Positions 35,189-44,385 of a stretch of DNA of 64,000 nt are shown piece after piece. The DNA comes from an uncultured Clostridiaceae bacterium (lineage in GTDB: Bacteria > Bacillota > Limnochordia > Darwinibacteriales > Darwinibacteriaceae), in contig CAZAJB010000004.1 of the NCBI GenBank assembly GCA_964485345.1, positions 9,758 through 73,757 of the forward strand, in the 5' to 3' direction. A program made the position numbers and the translations under genes. Under the pieces are notes generated by a model. The model was not told the DNA's origin. It saw only the letters and a program-made list of their open reading frames with translations, and made no database searches. Each line of letters opens with the position of its first letter. Position 1 is the first letter of the stretch.

Positions 35189-36139
35189 CTATTTTTCTCC
35201 TTCTGTAGAGACACGCAATTTACGAAAATCAAAGACTCCATCAATCATGGCCAAGAAAATAAGTGCCATGAGCAAAAACTGCATGGTGAAAAGCATAAAA
35301 ACCAGAATAACACGGAAAACCATTGGTACATTCTTCTTTTGGAAATAATACCATGCCAGACTGATCCCTGCAACAGCGTAGGCGTAAAAGGAAATGAGAA
35401 AGGAATTAAGGCTGAGAAATTGCAGCCACTGAGGCAGTGCTGGGGTCTGCCACAAGTTTGATGTAAGCAGTCCAAAGACGAATATCAGACCAAAGTAGCC
35501 TGGGAGTCGCCACCTAGAAAAGGGCTCAACCCACGGCATGCTCGAATCACCGAGTCGTCTGAGGACAGCCCGGCCAATGGCCAAGTTAACATAGCTCATA
35601 CTGACGGCATACACCAGGAGCAGCGAAGGCAAGCCGAGCCTGAGCAGAATTGGCATCAAGGTCTTCAAAGCCTCATATTGCTGCAGCGCTTCCCCTTGTA
35701 CCCCCATGCTTTCCGACACTTGAATCGCCTGGTCTATGGCTTCTAGAAACATAGCTAGCATATCGCCTAGGACATTGCCTCCAATGATCAGGGAGTATAG
35801 GAAAAAGTTGAGGCCGATCACAACGAGATTCGAGGCGATCCCAACCAACATGAGCTTGGTAAAGGAGAACCTTTCTCGCAGTGCCATCCCTAGTGCCACG
35901 CCCACGAAGCCCCAGATCACAATGGATAATCCAGAGAAAACATGACCGGCTACTAGACTAGAAATTAAAGCAGCAGCGATGGCCGCCAGAACCCCATATT
36001 GAAATCCCTGGCGGTAAACCAAGAGCATGAGAGGAATGGGAACGATGATAGATGGAACTCCAATGTATTCACCAAGTATAGCCAAGAGAACCGTGATCGC
36101 CCCAAGCATAGCGCCTTCGGTCAAGGAACGTGTTTTCAT
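35189..36139 (-). CDS. yybS: YybS-family membrane protein (DUF2232)
   Basis: 316-aa polytopic membrane protein between rpsR and rplI, the conserved yybS position. Confidence 0.65.
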   Translation of the reverse strand: MKTRSLTEGAMLGAITVLLAILGEYIGVPSIIVPIPLMLLVYRQGFQYGVLAAIAAALISSLVAGHVFSGLSIVIWGFVGVALGMALRERFSFTKLMLVGIASNLVVIGLNFFLYSLIIGGNVLGDMLAMFLEAIDQAIQVSESMGVQGEALQQYEALKTLMPILLRLGLPSLLLVYAVSMSYVNLAIGRAVLRRLGDSSMPWVEPFSRWRLPGYFGLIFVFGLLTSNLWQTPALPQWLQFLSLNSFLISFYAYAVAGISLAWYYFQKKNVPMVFRVILVFMLFTMQFLLMALIFLAMIDGVFDFRKLRVSTEGEK

Positions 36140-36195
36140 ACACTCACCAAGCTTTCAGGTTATAAAAAGGAGCAGCTTTGCTGCTCCCTTAGGTC

Positions 36196-36426
36196 TTAGT
36201 CAATCGTGTACGGCATCAATGCCACATAACGTGCACGCTTAATCGCATTTGTAACTTGCCTTTGGTGCTTGGCGCAGTTGCCAGAAATACGGCGTGGCAA
36301 TATCTTGCCTCTCTCTGTGATGTAACGACGTAGTCGGCCAGTTTCTTTGTAGTCAATCTGCTCGATCTTATCGACGCAGAAAGAGCATACTTTTTTTCTG
36401 CCTCTACGACCTCTTTCTCTAGCCAT
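36196..36426 (-). CDS. rpsR: 30S ribosomal protein S18
   Basis: [15 protein letters not shown]...[26 protein letters not shown]. Confidence 0.95.
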   Translation of the reverse strand: MARERGRRGRKKVCSFCVDKIEQIDYKETGRLRRYITERGKILPRRISGNCAKHQRQVTNAIKRARYVALMPYTID

Positions 36427-36450
36427 TATTTCGCCTCCAAACCTATCTGA

Positions 36451-36837
36451 TTAGAACGGAATATCATCAAACTCCGGTTCGGGCGGTCCATCTGCTGATT
36501 CATCGGATCCAACACCTTGAGCACGGTCCAAGAAGCGCACATTGTCAGCTACAATTTCTGAAGCCTTTCTGCGAACTCCATTTTGGTCGTCGTAAGAGCG
36601 GATCTGCAAACGTCCTTCTACTGCAACGAGGCGGCCCTTACTAAGGTGGTTGGCACAAACTTCAGCCAGCTTACGCCAGGTCACGATATCAATGAAATCT
36701 GCTTCCCTTTCGCCTCCCTGAGACGCAAAGGGTCGATCCACTGCAAGGGTAAAATTGGTCACCGCTATACCCGACTGCGTATAACGTAGTTGTGGATCAG
36801 CTACGAGTCGCCCAATAAGAATTACCTTATTCAACAC
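36451..36837 (-). CDS. ssb: Single-stranded DNA-binding protein
   Basis: MLNKVILIGRLVADPQLRYT OB fold and the C-terminal acidic tip DDIPF. Confidence 0.95.
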   Translation of the reverse strand: MLNKVILIGRLVADPQLRYTQSGIAVTNFTLAVDRPFASQGGEREADFIDIVTWRKLAEVCANHLSKGRLVAVEGRLQIRSYDDQNGVRRKASEIVADNVRFLDRAQGVGSDESADGPPEPEFDDIPF

Positions 36838-36855
36838 TTGTCGTCACTCCTTTGC

Positions 36856-37146
36856 TCAATCCTGATCTTTGCGAAGGAGCAGATAACGAATGACTTCGTC
36901 AGTGATCTTTAGAATTCGTTCGACCTCTGAAGTCGTTCCGCTTTCTGCTTTAAAATCGATCACCACATAGAAGCCTTCGGTATTCTCGTTGATCTCGTAA
37001 GCAAACCGCCTTTTACCCCATTTGTCAACCTTCTCGATTTGACCACCAATACCTTCAATCAGGCCTTTGGTCCGCTCGATTTGGGCATCCAATCCCTCTT
37101 CATCGAGGTTTGGGACAAAAAGTACCATAAGCTCATAATCACGCAC
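36856..37146 (-). CDS. rpsF: 30S ribosomal protein S6
   Basis: (V)RDYELMVLFVPNL...KWGKRRFAYEI. GTG start at 37146 with SD GGGGAGGTG. Confidence 0.9.
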   Translation of the reverse strand: MRDYELMVLFVPNLDEEGLDAQIERTKGLIEGIGGQIEKVDKWGKRRFAYEINENTEGFYVVIDFKAESGTTSEVERILKITDEVIRYLLLRKDQD

Positions 37147-37205
37147 CGTAGCTTCACCTCCCCTCTGGACATATGGTCCTAAGTCTTGCTTAGGACAGGG
37201 CAACA
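37147..37205 (-). promoter_or_regulatory. rpsF 5' leader hairpin (candidate S6:S18 autoregulatory motif)
   Basis: Inner stem gtcctaag/cttaggac (37176..37196) nested in ccctg/cag(a)ggg, which overlaps the SD. Confidence 0.35.
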
Positions 37206-37208
37206 CTT

Positions 37209-37237
37209 ATTATACCATCGCTCTATTTTGAAGTCAA
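37209..37237 (-). promoter_or_regulatory. rpsF operon promoter
   Basis: Minus strand: TTGACT (37237..37232, overlapping the ychF stop), 17 nt, TATAAT (37214..37209), preceded by TGg (extended -10). Confidence 0.55.
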
Positions 37238-38301
37238 ACGTTGAATCGGAAGAAAATGACATCGCCATCCTGAATCTGGTAGTCTTTTCCTTCCACCCTA
37301 GCTAGGCCCTTTTCTCGGCAAGCCGCAACAGACCCTTCATTTACCAGTATTTCCCAATTTATGACTTCCGCCCGAATAAAACCTCTCTCCATATCGGAGT
37401 GGATTCGGCCCGCCGCCTGAGGTGCTAACATTCCCCGGGAAATAATCCATGATCTGGTTTCGTCACCCTTGATTGTGTAAAACGTAATCAGGTCTAGGAG
37501 ACGCGCACAGGCATCAACCAAACGGTGCAGGGCTGGCTTGTCCATACCGGCTTCAACTAAAAACAACCTAGCATCTGCGGGGTCTAAACGGCTGATCTCC
37601 AGCTCGAAATCTGCAGACATACATACCACTTCAGAACCCTCCTCCTCGGCGACTGCCAGAAAGGCGGGGTCCAAATCGCTTTGTCCTTCGTTGACATTAG
37701 CCAAGTAGAGCAGGGGCTTGGCCGAAAGCAGGGGTAAATCCGCTAACTGCGGCAGATCGGTTCGCCGCAAAGGCGTACCTTGTTCCAGGGTTTCTTGGTA
37801 TTGATGGAGGAGTTCCAGTTCTTCGCGGTAGAGCGCTTCTCCAGTCTTGAGCATTCTGGTTGTGCGCTCCCGGCGCCGTTCTAGACTTTGCAGATCAGCG
37901 AGGATCAGCTCTAGGTCAATGATCTCCAGATCACGCAGGGGGTTGATCCCCTCTTCCTGACTGGCCACGTCGTCAGCCCGAAAGCAGCGGACCACATGAA
38001 CCAAGGCGTCCATTTCCCGAATGTGGGCTAAGAACTGGTTGCCCAAGCCCTCACCCTTGCTTGCGCCCCTGACCAAACCAGCAATATCGACAAACTCCAT
38101 GGTGGCGCCGGTTAGCGTCTCGGGCCTACTGACCTTGGCAATTTCAGCAAGCCGCTGATCGGGAATGAGCACCGTGCCCAAATTTGGTTCGATGGTGCAA
38201 AACGGGTAGTTCAAGGCAGGTACCTCAAGTTTCGTTAATGCGTTGAAAACAGTCGACTTGCCAACATTGGGTAGACCGATCATTCCGATTTGTAACGCCA
38301 T
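37234..38301 (-). CDS. ychF: Ribosome-binding ATPase YchF
   Basis: MALQIGMIGLPNVGKSTVFNALT (G1) and a C-terminal TGS-like ...YQIQDGDVIFFRFNV. I moved the start to ATG 38301. Confidence 0.95.
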   Translation of the reverse strand: MALQIGMIGLPNVGKSTVFNALTKLEVPALNYPFCTIEPNLGTVLIPDQRLAEIAKVSRPETLTGATMEFVDIAGLVRGASKGEGLGNQFLAHIREMDALVHVVRCFRADDVASQEEGINPLRDLEIIDLELILADLQSLERRRERTTRMLKTGEALYREELELLHQYQETLEQGTPLRRTDLPQLADLPLLSAKPLLYLANVNEGQSDLDPAFLAVAEEEGSEVVCMSADFELEISRLDPADARLFLVEAGMDKPALHRLVDACARLLDLITFYTIKGDETRSWIISRGMLAPQAAGRIHSDMERGFIRAEVINWEILVNEGSVAACREKGLARVEGKDYQIQDGDVIFFRFNV

Positions 38302-38356
38302 TGATTTCACACCCCCGAAGATGTACACTAAGGTGAAGAAGGAGGATCCAGACATT

Positions 38357-38812
38357 ATGAACCGACTTGCAAGGGCGGGGTTCATAGCCGCACTATACAT
38401 CGTCTTAATCTTTGTATTTCAAGCCATCAGTTTCGGACCGGTCCAGCTTAGAGTGGCAGAAGCGTTGACCCTACTGCCCATGGTCTATCCTGAAGCGATC
38501 GGCGGTATCTATGTGGGCGTGCTTTTGTCGAATATTCTAGGCGGTCAAGGCCCCTGGGACATTCTTGGCGGCAGCTTTGTGAGCCTGCTAGCAGCTTTCA
38601 TTACATATCGCTTCAAGGGCCGGTTGATCGGCTACGCTTCTCCCATCGTACTGAATGCTTTCTTGGTCAGTCTGTACCTCTCGTATATCCTGGGTCTACC
38701 AGCCTATTGGCCCCTGGTTTTGAGCATCGGAGCTGGTCAAACTGTGGTTATCTTGGCCCTGGGAATCCCCCTCTTGCGCTTTGTGCAAAAAAACCAAGAG
38801 AGGTTTCTATAG
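38357..38812 (+). CDS. queT: QueT-family queuosine-precursor transporter (ECF S-component-like)
   Basis: ARAGFIAALYIVLIFVFQAISFGPVQLRVAEALTLLP...GGIYVGVLLSNIL...DILGGSFVSLLAAFITY. I moved the start to ATG 38357, which has SD GAAGGAGGA. Confidence 0.65.
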   Translation: MNRLARAGFIAALYIVLIFVFQAISFGPVQLRVAEALTLLPMVYPEAIGGIYVGVLLSNILGGQGPWDILGGSFVSLLAAFITYRFKGRLIGYASPIVLNAFLVSLYLSYILGLPAYWPLVLSIGAGQTVVILALGIPLLRFVQKNQERFL

Positions 38813-39859
38813 TAGGAGGATTTCGGCTAAGATCTCATCGCGATACTCTGTGAGGGCCGCAAAGTCCATGGCGCCAGCGTAGTATTCTTCCACTGCAATG
38901 TGGCTTGATTGGGCGTCGAGGAGTGCTTTTAAGCCCTCCTCGATCAGTTCTTGCCAAAGCAGAAGGTCTTTTTCTTCAGTTCGATCCAGAGGTCCGCAGA
39001 TAATTCTCGGGCCTTTTATATTGCCCAAGGGCTCGAGCGAGAGCTCGCTCAAGACTGCCAAGCCTAAGTCGGGGATCGTGATATGAAGGAGCCTGGCTGG
39101 ATTCAAGGGATAATGAAAGGCCTCTACGTTGTAGCCGGCTCTTTGCCCATACTGCAAAATCGCGGCAAGCTGCTCCCCTTGACCCATCCCTAGGCCGCCC
39201 TGGAGAATGAAGCGATGGGGCAAACCTTCTACCAGGCTTTGGATATGACTGACATACCCCTCTGGTGTCAAGGCAGAGGCAAAAAGGCGTCTAACACGGC
39301 CTTGGTGTTCTCCCCGCCGTCTTGGTTCTATTAAGGGCAGGATCTCTCCCACTTGACCGGCACAATCTGCCCGTTTGGATCGATTGCCCGCGGCAATATT
39401 CTCCTCCACGGCCAAGGCAGCGGCAAAGTAGCGGAAAGCAGCCGCGAAATGGGCCCGTTTGATGCGGCCACCCTCGATTATTTCTGCTCGTTTTTCGTCG
39501 AGCTCCTCTTTAAACCAGAAGTCCCCAAGGGCAAGAATCTGATCTCTGCAACCAGGCAGATCTGCATCCATGACATGGGGCGCTGTGGCATCCACTAGGG
39601 CTATGCCCAACGAGGGAAAGGACACGGCATCGAGAGCACCCGAGTCAGAACTGCAAAAGAAGAGTTCTCGGTCATAGCCATGTTCTCCTACCGTTTGCGC
39701 AATATAGCGCATAAAGCTGGACTTTCCTGTGCCGGGACCTCCCTTTAGGAGATAGATCCTTTTTGCCTCAGGACCAATGATGTTGTCAAAAAAGGAGTGA
39801 AAGCCTTTACCTGAATTGCTTCCCGCAAAAAAGTGACGGGTTATTGTCATCAAAGTCAA
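38807..39859 (-). CDS. Uncharacterised P-loop NTPase (about 350 aa, Firmicute-specific family)
   Basis: HFFAGSNSGKGFHSFFDNI...IYLLKGGPGTGKSSFM (Walker A) ... LVDATAPHVMD. It resembles the conserved hypothetical ATPase family I recall as PRK06851. Confidence 0.5.
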   Translation of the reverse strand: MTLMTITRHFFAGSNSGKGFHSFFDNIIGPEAKRIYLLKGGPGTGKSSFMRYIAQTVGEHGYDRELFFCSSDSGALDAVSFPSLGIALVDATAPHVMDADLPGCRDQILALGDFWFKEELDEKRAEIIEGGRIKRAHFAAAFRYFAAALAVEENIAAGNRSKRADCAGQVGEILPLIEPRRRGEHQGRVRRLFASALTPEGYVSHIQSLVEGLPHRFILQGGLGMGQGEQLAAILQYGQRAGYNVEAFHYPLNPARLLHITIPDLGLAVLSELSLEPLGNIKGPRIICGPLDRTEEKDLLLWQELIEEGLKALLDAQSSHIAVEEYYAGAMDFAALTEYRDEILAEILLL

Positions 39860-39918
39860 CCTCCCTGGGATAGAGCCTTTTTTCTCACTATATTCTACCC
39901 TCGTCGGTTGTGCCTAAA

Positions 39919-40083
39919 CTACTTAACGATCTGTCTGACTAATTTATCTCGTGGCACCAAGATTACCCGCCCGCAGGTGGTGCACTTCAGACGAGTGTCT
40001 ACTCCCGGTTTTAGAACCTCCCAGTTCTGCCCGCCACAGGCGTGTTTTTTCTTAAGGCGCAAGATCTGTCCTAGGTCGTGCAT
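39919..40083 (-). CDS. DUF951-family small protein
   Basis: Not in the ORF track (54 aa). Hand translation gives MHDLGQILRLKKKHACGGQNWEVLKPGVDTRLKCTTCGRVILVPRDKLVRQIVK*, with two Cys pairs as in DUF951/YyzM-like proteins. Confidence 0.7.
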   Translation of the reverse strand: MHDLGQILRLKKKHACGGQNWEVLKPGVDTRLKCTTCGRVILVPRDKLVRQIVK

Positions 40084-40180
40084 CGCTTCGCCACCTTTTC
40101 CCTCTATTACAATTATTATAGCATAGGTTAATACCCAAGATTAAAAAGGTATCTGGCAAGGAAGCGAGAATATTGGAGAG

Positions 40181-41086
40181 ATGAAACAGACAGAAAGGAT
40201 GACGTTCTTGAAAAAGATTAATGTTGTACTCTTGCTTGTAATTCTTTCCCTGTCCTTAATCGCCTCACCCATGGCACTCTTGGCGGATGAAGGTGATCAG
40301 GCCGTCGCGACGGTTAATGGTGTTGCCATCAGTAGCAAAGATTTCTACGCTACCTTGGAGGCGCAGTACGGTTCTTTTGCCCTGCAGGAGCTAATCCAAA
40401 ATGAGATGATCAGACAAAAGGCAGATGCTCTAGGGGTTACCTTTGATGGAGACGACTTCGCCGAAATGTATCAAATGGTCATTGCTCAACTCGGCGGAGT
40501 TGAGGGTCTGCAAGCGTTTTTGCTGCAGAACAATGTGTCTGAAGATGTGTTTATTGCACAATTGCAGTGGAATATGCTTCTAGGTAACTTGGCCAGAGCA
40601 GAGGTTGAAGTCCAGGATGGCGCTGTCGAAGCCTTCTTTAAGGAAAACAGCTCTTACTACGACGAACCAGAGACAGTTGAAGTCAGTCATATTCTTCTGG
40701 ATACAGAAGAAGAAGCCCAGGAAATCCTGGCTCTACTCACAGACGGTGCAGACCTCTTGACCCTCGCAGGTGAACGTTCTTTGGATCCAGGTACGGCCTC
40801 CCAGGGCGGGTACCTCGGGGTTGTCCCGAGAGGCTACACTGTTCCGGAGTTCGAAGAAAAGGCCTTTAGTCTCGCTGTTGGCGAGTACGGTCTAGCAGAG
40901 AGTAGCTTCGGCTGGCATGTTATCACGGTTCATGCCAAGAACGAAGGAAAGACAGCGGTCTTTGCCGAAGTCGCAGTTGAGGTAGAAAACGACTACCGCG
41001 GCAGCCAGGCTTTGGATCTAGAGAGCTATCTATTCAAACTTGAGCAAGAGTCAAACATCCAGATTCAGTGGGCACCACAGCAATAG
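40181..41086 (+). CDS. PrsA/SurA-like parvulin peptidyl-prolyl isomerase (secreted or lipid-anchored foldase)
   Basis: N-terminal signal/TM, a SurA_N-like region, and a PpiC domain VEVSHILL...FEEKAFSLAVGE...SSFGWHVITV. Confidence 0.8.
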   Translation: MKQTERMTFLKKINVVLLLVILSLSLIASPMALLADEGDQAVATVNGVAISSKDFYATLEAQYGSFALQELIQNEMIRQKADALGVTFDGDDFAEMYQMVIAQLGGVEGLQAFLLQNNVSEDVFIAQLQWNMLLGNLARAEVEVQDGAVEAFFKENSSYYDEPETVEVSHILLDTEEEAQEILALLTDGADLLTLAGERSLDPGTASQGGYLGVVPRGYTVPEFEEKAFSLAVGEYGLAESSFGWHVITVHAKNEGKTAVFAEVAVEVENDYRGSQALDLESYLFKLEQESNIQIQWAPQQ

Positions 41087-41100
41087 CAGAATGTAAATAC

Positions 41101-41140
41101 GCCCTCTTCTCTCGAGAAGAGGGCGTTTCTTTGTGCTTTT
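41101..41140 (+). terminator. Terminator between the convergent PPIase gene and gcvPB
   Basis: 10-bp stem gccctcttct / agaagagggc with loop ctcg, followed by gtttctttgtgctttttt. Confidence 0.7.
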
Positions 41141-42604
41141 TTATGCTTTTTCCCAGCGTAAGACGGGGTGCCGGGCTGCTCTAGACTCGTCGAGTCGCTT
41201 CAGCGGTGTTGAATGGGGCGCTGATGTGACAAGTTCTGGGGTTTCTTTGGCTTCTTGGGCAATCGTCCGCATCACCTCGATAAACTCATCTAGGGTGGAC
41301 TTTGGCTCTGTCTCCGTAGGCTCAATCATGATAGCCTCGTCAACAACCATGGGAAAGTAGACTGTAGGTGCGTGGTAACCATAGTCCAGGAGGCGCTTAG
41401 CAATGTCCAGAGTGCGCACTCCATACTTGTCTTTCTGCCAGTTACCTGACAAAACAAACTCATGCATGCAGGTGCGATCATAGGCCAATTGGTAGACGTC
41501 CTTCAACTTGTGCATCATGTAGTTAGCGTGAAGCACAGCTGTCTCACTGACCTCTTTAAGCCCCTTCCCGCCATGGGAACGAATGTAGGCATAGGCCCGA
41601 GCGTAGACCAGGAAGTTGCCGTAGAAAGAACGGACCCGGCCGATGGAGTTCTCGGGTGTGACAAAGGTGTAGCGATCGTCCCGCTTCTCTACAACGGGAC
41701 CCGGCAAGAACTGTGCCAGCTCTTTGCAGACAACGATGGGTCCTGCACCTGGTCCGCCGCCACCATGGGGTGTGGAGAACGTCTTGTGTAGGTTGAAGTG
41801 GACTACATCAAAGCCCATATCGCCTGGGCGTGCAATACCCATAATGGCGTTGGCGTTAGCCCCATCATAGTACAAGAGACCGCCAGCATCATGCACGAGC
41901 TTCGCAATTTCGCAAATGTTTTCGTCAAAAAGACCGAGTGTGTTGGGATTGGTCAGCATGAGACCAGCAGTGTTGGGGCCCACAAGACCCTTGAGGGCTT
42001 CTACATCCACGCCGCCGCGCTCGTCTGACGGAACTTCGACTACTTTGTAGCCAACCATGGCGCAACTGGCGGGATTGGTTCCATGTGCTGAGTCGGGAAT
42101 GATCATCTCGTTACGATGACCTTCTCCCCGGTGGGCGTGATAAGCCTTAATGACCATCAAACCAGTTAACTCACCATGGGCTCCTGCCGCTGGCTGTAAG
42201 GTCGTTGCATCAAGACCTGAAATGACAGCAAGGTACTGGCCAAGGTTGTACATAAGCTCGAGAGCCCCTTGTACGGTCTCTTCAGGCTGGTAGGGATGAA
42301 TCGTTGCAAAGCCTGGAAGGCTTGTTACGTCCTCATTCACCCTGGGATTATACTTCATGGTGCAGGAGCCGAGGGGATAAAAGCCCACATCGACGCCGTG
42401 ATTCAACCTAGAAAGCTGGGTGTAATGACGAACGACTTCAAGTTCGCTGACTTCAGGCAAAGCAGGAGCTTCCTCCCGCAGAAAATCACTGGGAATAAGC
42501 TCTGTCACCGGTACTTCAGGAACGTCTAGGTCAGGAAGTCGATAGCCCCGTCGCCCAGGTGTGGAGCGTTCGAAAATTAAGGGGACAAGTTTACGTGTGG
42601 TCAT
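41141..42604 (-). CDS. gcvPB: Glycine dehydrogenase (decarboxylating) subunit 2
   Basis: 487 aa; PLP-lysine region [18 protein letters not shown]. Confidence 0.95.
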   Translation of the reverse strand: MTTRKLVPLIFERSTPGRRGYRLPDLDVPEVPVTELIPSDFLREEAPALPEVSELEVVRHYTQLSRLNHGVDVGFYPLGSCTMKYNPRVNEDVTSLPGFATIHPYQPEETVQGALELMYNLGQYLAVISGLDATTLQPAAGAHGELTGLMVIKAYHAHRGEGHRNEMIIPDSAHGTNPASCAMVGYKVVEVPSDERGGVDVEALKGLVGPNTAGLMLTNPNTLGLFDENICEIAKLVHDAGGLLYYDGANANAIMGIARPGDMGFDVVHFNLHKTFSTPHGGGGPGAGPIVVCKELAQFLPGPVVEKRDDRYTFVTPENSIGRVRSFYGNFLVYARAYAYIRSHGGKGLKEVSETAVLHANYMMHKLKDVYQLAYDRTCMHEFVLSGNWQKDKYGVRTLDIAKRLLDYGYHAPTVYFPMVVDEAIMIEPTETEPKSTLDEFIEVMRTIAQEAKETPELVTSAPHSTPLKRLDESRAARHPVLRWEKA

Positions 42605-43947
42605 GAGATCAACCCCCTTAGCAGATTTACAAAGCTGTCAATTTCTTCTTTGGTCCTTGCTTCGGTTACCGAGAAAAGTACGCTCTCAGGCAGACCAAAG
42701 CGTGCCAGTGGCAGACCACCGACAAAGCCATGTTCAGCTAGGCGAATGTTGACTTCATCCCAGTCTACAGAACCCTGAATGACGAACTCCCTAAAGGAAG
42801 GTGCGCTAAAGCGCGAAGACAAGCCTTCAATTTCCAGTAGGCGTTTCTTCAGGTAATTGGCCTTTTGCAGGGATTGATATCCTACATCCCTAAAGCCCTC
42901 TTTGCCTGTTACACTAAGGTAAATGGCTGCCATCAGGGCATTTAAGGCTTGGTTGGAACAAATATTCGATGTTGCTTTTTCCCGGCGAATGTGTTGTTCC
43001 CGGGTCTGCAGGGTCAAGACAAAACCTCTTGTGCCATCTGTATCCACGGTCTCGCCGACGACACGACCGGGCATCCGGCGAATCAGTTTGGTGCCTGTGG
43101 TGGCAAAAAACCCGAGGGATGGTCCGCCAAAGCCCATGGAATTACCGAGGCTTTGACCGTCACCTACTACGATGTGTGCACCAAGTTCCCCTGGGGACTT
43201 CAGCAGGCTTAGGCTGATCGGATCGACTGCCATAACCAGCAAAGCACCGTGCTCTTCAGCGACTTTTTTAAAGGGAGCAATGTTTTCCAAGAGGCCAAAA
43301 AAGTTAGGCTGTTGTACAACAACGCAGGCTGCTTCAGACCAAGAAATCCCCTCCGCAGACTCCGGATCTACAAGGCCCGTTGCCTCATCGTAGGGCAGAT
43401 AGGCGATGGATACATTTTGGCTCTCTAAGTAGAGACGCACAACATCCCGCCATTCAGGATGCAAAGAGGCTGGTAGCACCACAAGTTCGCGCCGAGTGGC
43501 AGCGCAAGCCATGAGAGCTGCTTCCGCCAAAGCGCTGGCGCCATCGTACATGGAAGCGTTCGATGCTTCCATACCTGTCAACTCGCAAATCAGCGTTTGA
43601 TACTCGAAAATGCTCTGCAAGACCCCCTGGGTGATTTCGGGCTGGTAGGGTGTGTAAGCGGTGAGAAACTCGCCCCGACCCGCAAGATGCTTAATGACAC
43701 TGGGAATCAAATGGTCATAGGATCCTGCACCTAAGAAGGAGACGGAGGACTGGAGATCGTTGTTCTTGCTGGCAAGTTCCGAAAAATGACGTACCAGTTC
43801 GGCCTCGCTTAAGGGTGCAGGGAGATCAAGGTCGGCGTGAAGACGTATTTCCTTGGGGATAGCGGTAAATAGATCATCTACCTTGTCTACCCCAATGGTT
43901 TCTAGCATCTCTTGCCGTTCCTCCTTGGTCAGCGGAAGATAGCGCAT
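42601..43947 (-). CDS. gcvPA: Glycine dehydrogenase (decarboxylating) subunit 1
   Basis: 448 aa; [15 protein letters not shown]...FLGAGSYDH. It overlaps gcvPB by 4 nt. Confidence 0.95.
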   Translation of the reverse strand: MRYLPLTKEERQEMLETIGVDKVDDLFTAIPKEIRLHADLDLPAPLSEAELVRHFSELASKNNDLQSSVSFLGAGSYDHLIPSVIKHLAGRGEFLTAYTPYQPEITQGVLQSIFEYQTLICELTGMEASNASMYDGASALAEAALMACAATRRELVVLPASLHPEWRDVVRLYLESQNVSIAYLPYDEATGLVDPESAEGISWSEAACVVVQQPNFFGLLENIAPFKKVAEEHGALLVMAVDPISLSLLKSPGELGAHIVVGDGQSLGNSMGFGGPSLGFFATTGTKLIRRMPGRVVGETVDTDGTRGFVLTLQTREQHIRREKATSNICSNQALNALMAAIYLSVTGKEGFRDVGYQSLQKANYLKKRLLEIEGLSSRFSAPSFREFVIQGSVDWDEVNIRLAEHGFVGGLPLARFGLPESVLFSVTEARTKEEIDSFVNLLRGLIS

Positions 43948-43949
43948 AC

Positions 43950-44327
43950 TTAAACCCCCTTCAGAAATGCTTCATACTCCTGTTTGTTCATTAAATCGCC
44001 TGTTTGAGCAACACCTTCAACTTCAATTTCCACAATCCAACCCTGATCTAGAGGAGATTCGTTGACCAGCTCAGGACTGTCTTCGAGAGCTTCGTTAACT
44101 GCCACAATTTCGCCGCTCACAGGAGAATAGACATCGCTTACAGCCTTGACGGACTCAAGGGCGGCGATACCTTCGCCTTCTTCCACCGTATCGCCTACGG
44201 AAGGAAGATCGACAAAAACGATGTCGCCCAACTCATTTTGAGCATAGTCGCTGACGCCAAGGCGGATGATATTGCCTTTAACTAAAAGCCACTCATGTTC
44301 TTTGGTAAACCGTAACTGTTCACTCAT
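43950..44327 (-). CDS. gcvH: Glycine cleavage system H protein
   Basis: Lipoyl-lysine motif ESVKAVSDVYSPVSGE. Confidence 0.95.
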   Translation of the reverse strand: MSEQLRFTKEHEWLLVKGNIIRLGVSDYAQNELGDIVFVDLPSVGDTVEEGEGIAALESVKAVSDVYSPVSGEIVAVNEALEDSPELVNESPLDQGWIVEIEVEGVAQTGDLMNKQEYEAFLKGV

Positions 44328-44385
44328 GATGAAACCTCCTAGTGTTTTTTTGAGTTATCGCAAAAAGCTTCCGGTCAAGGCGGAA

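Noticed and set aside
38302-38356. A preQ1 riboswitch in front of queT; CUAAGG is present in acacuaaggugaagaaggagg.
   Set aside because: Only 55 nt separate the divergent ychF and queT starts. I can draw no P1 stem with the conserved loop, and the A-rich tail of preQ1-I is missing. The fragment is too short for preQ1-II or preQ1-III.
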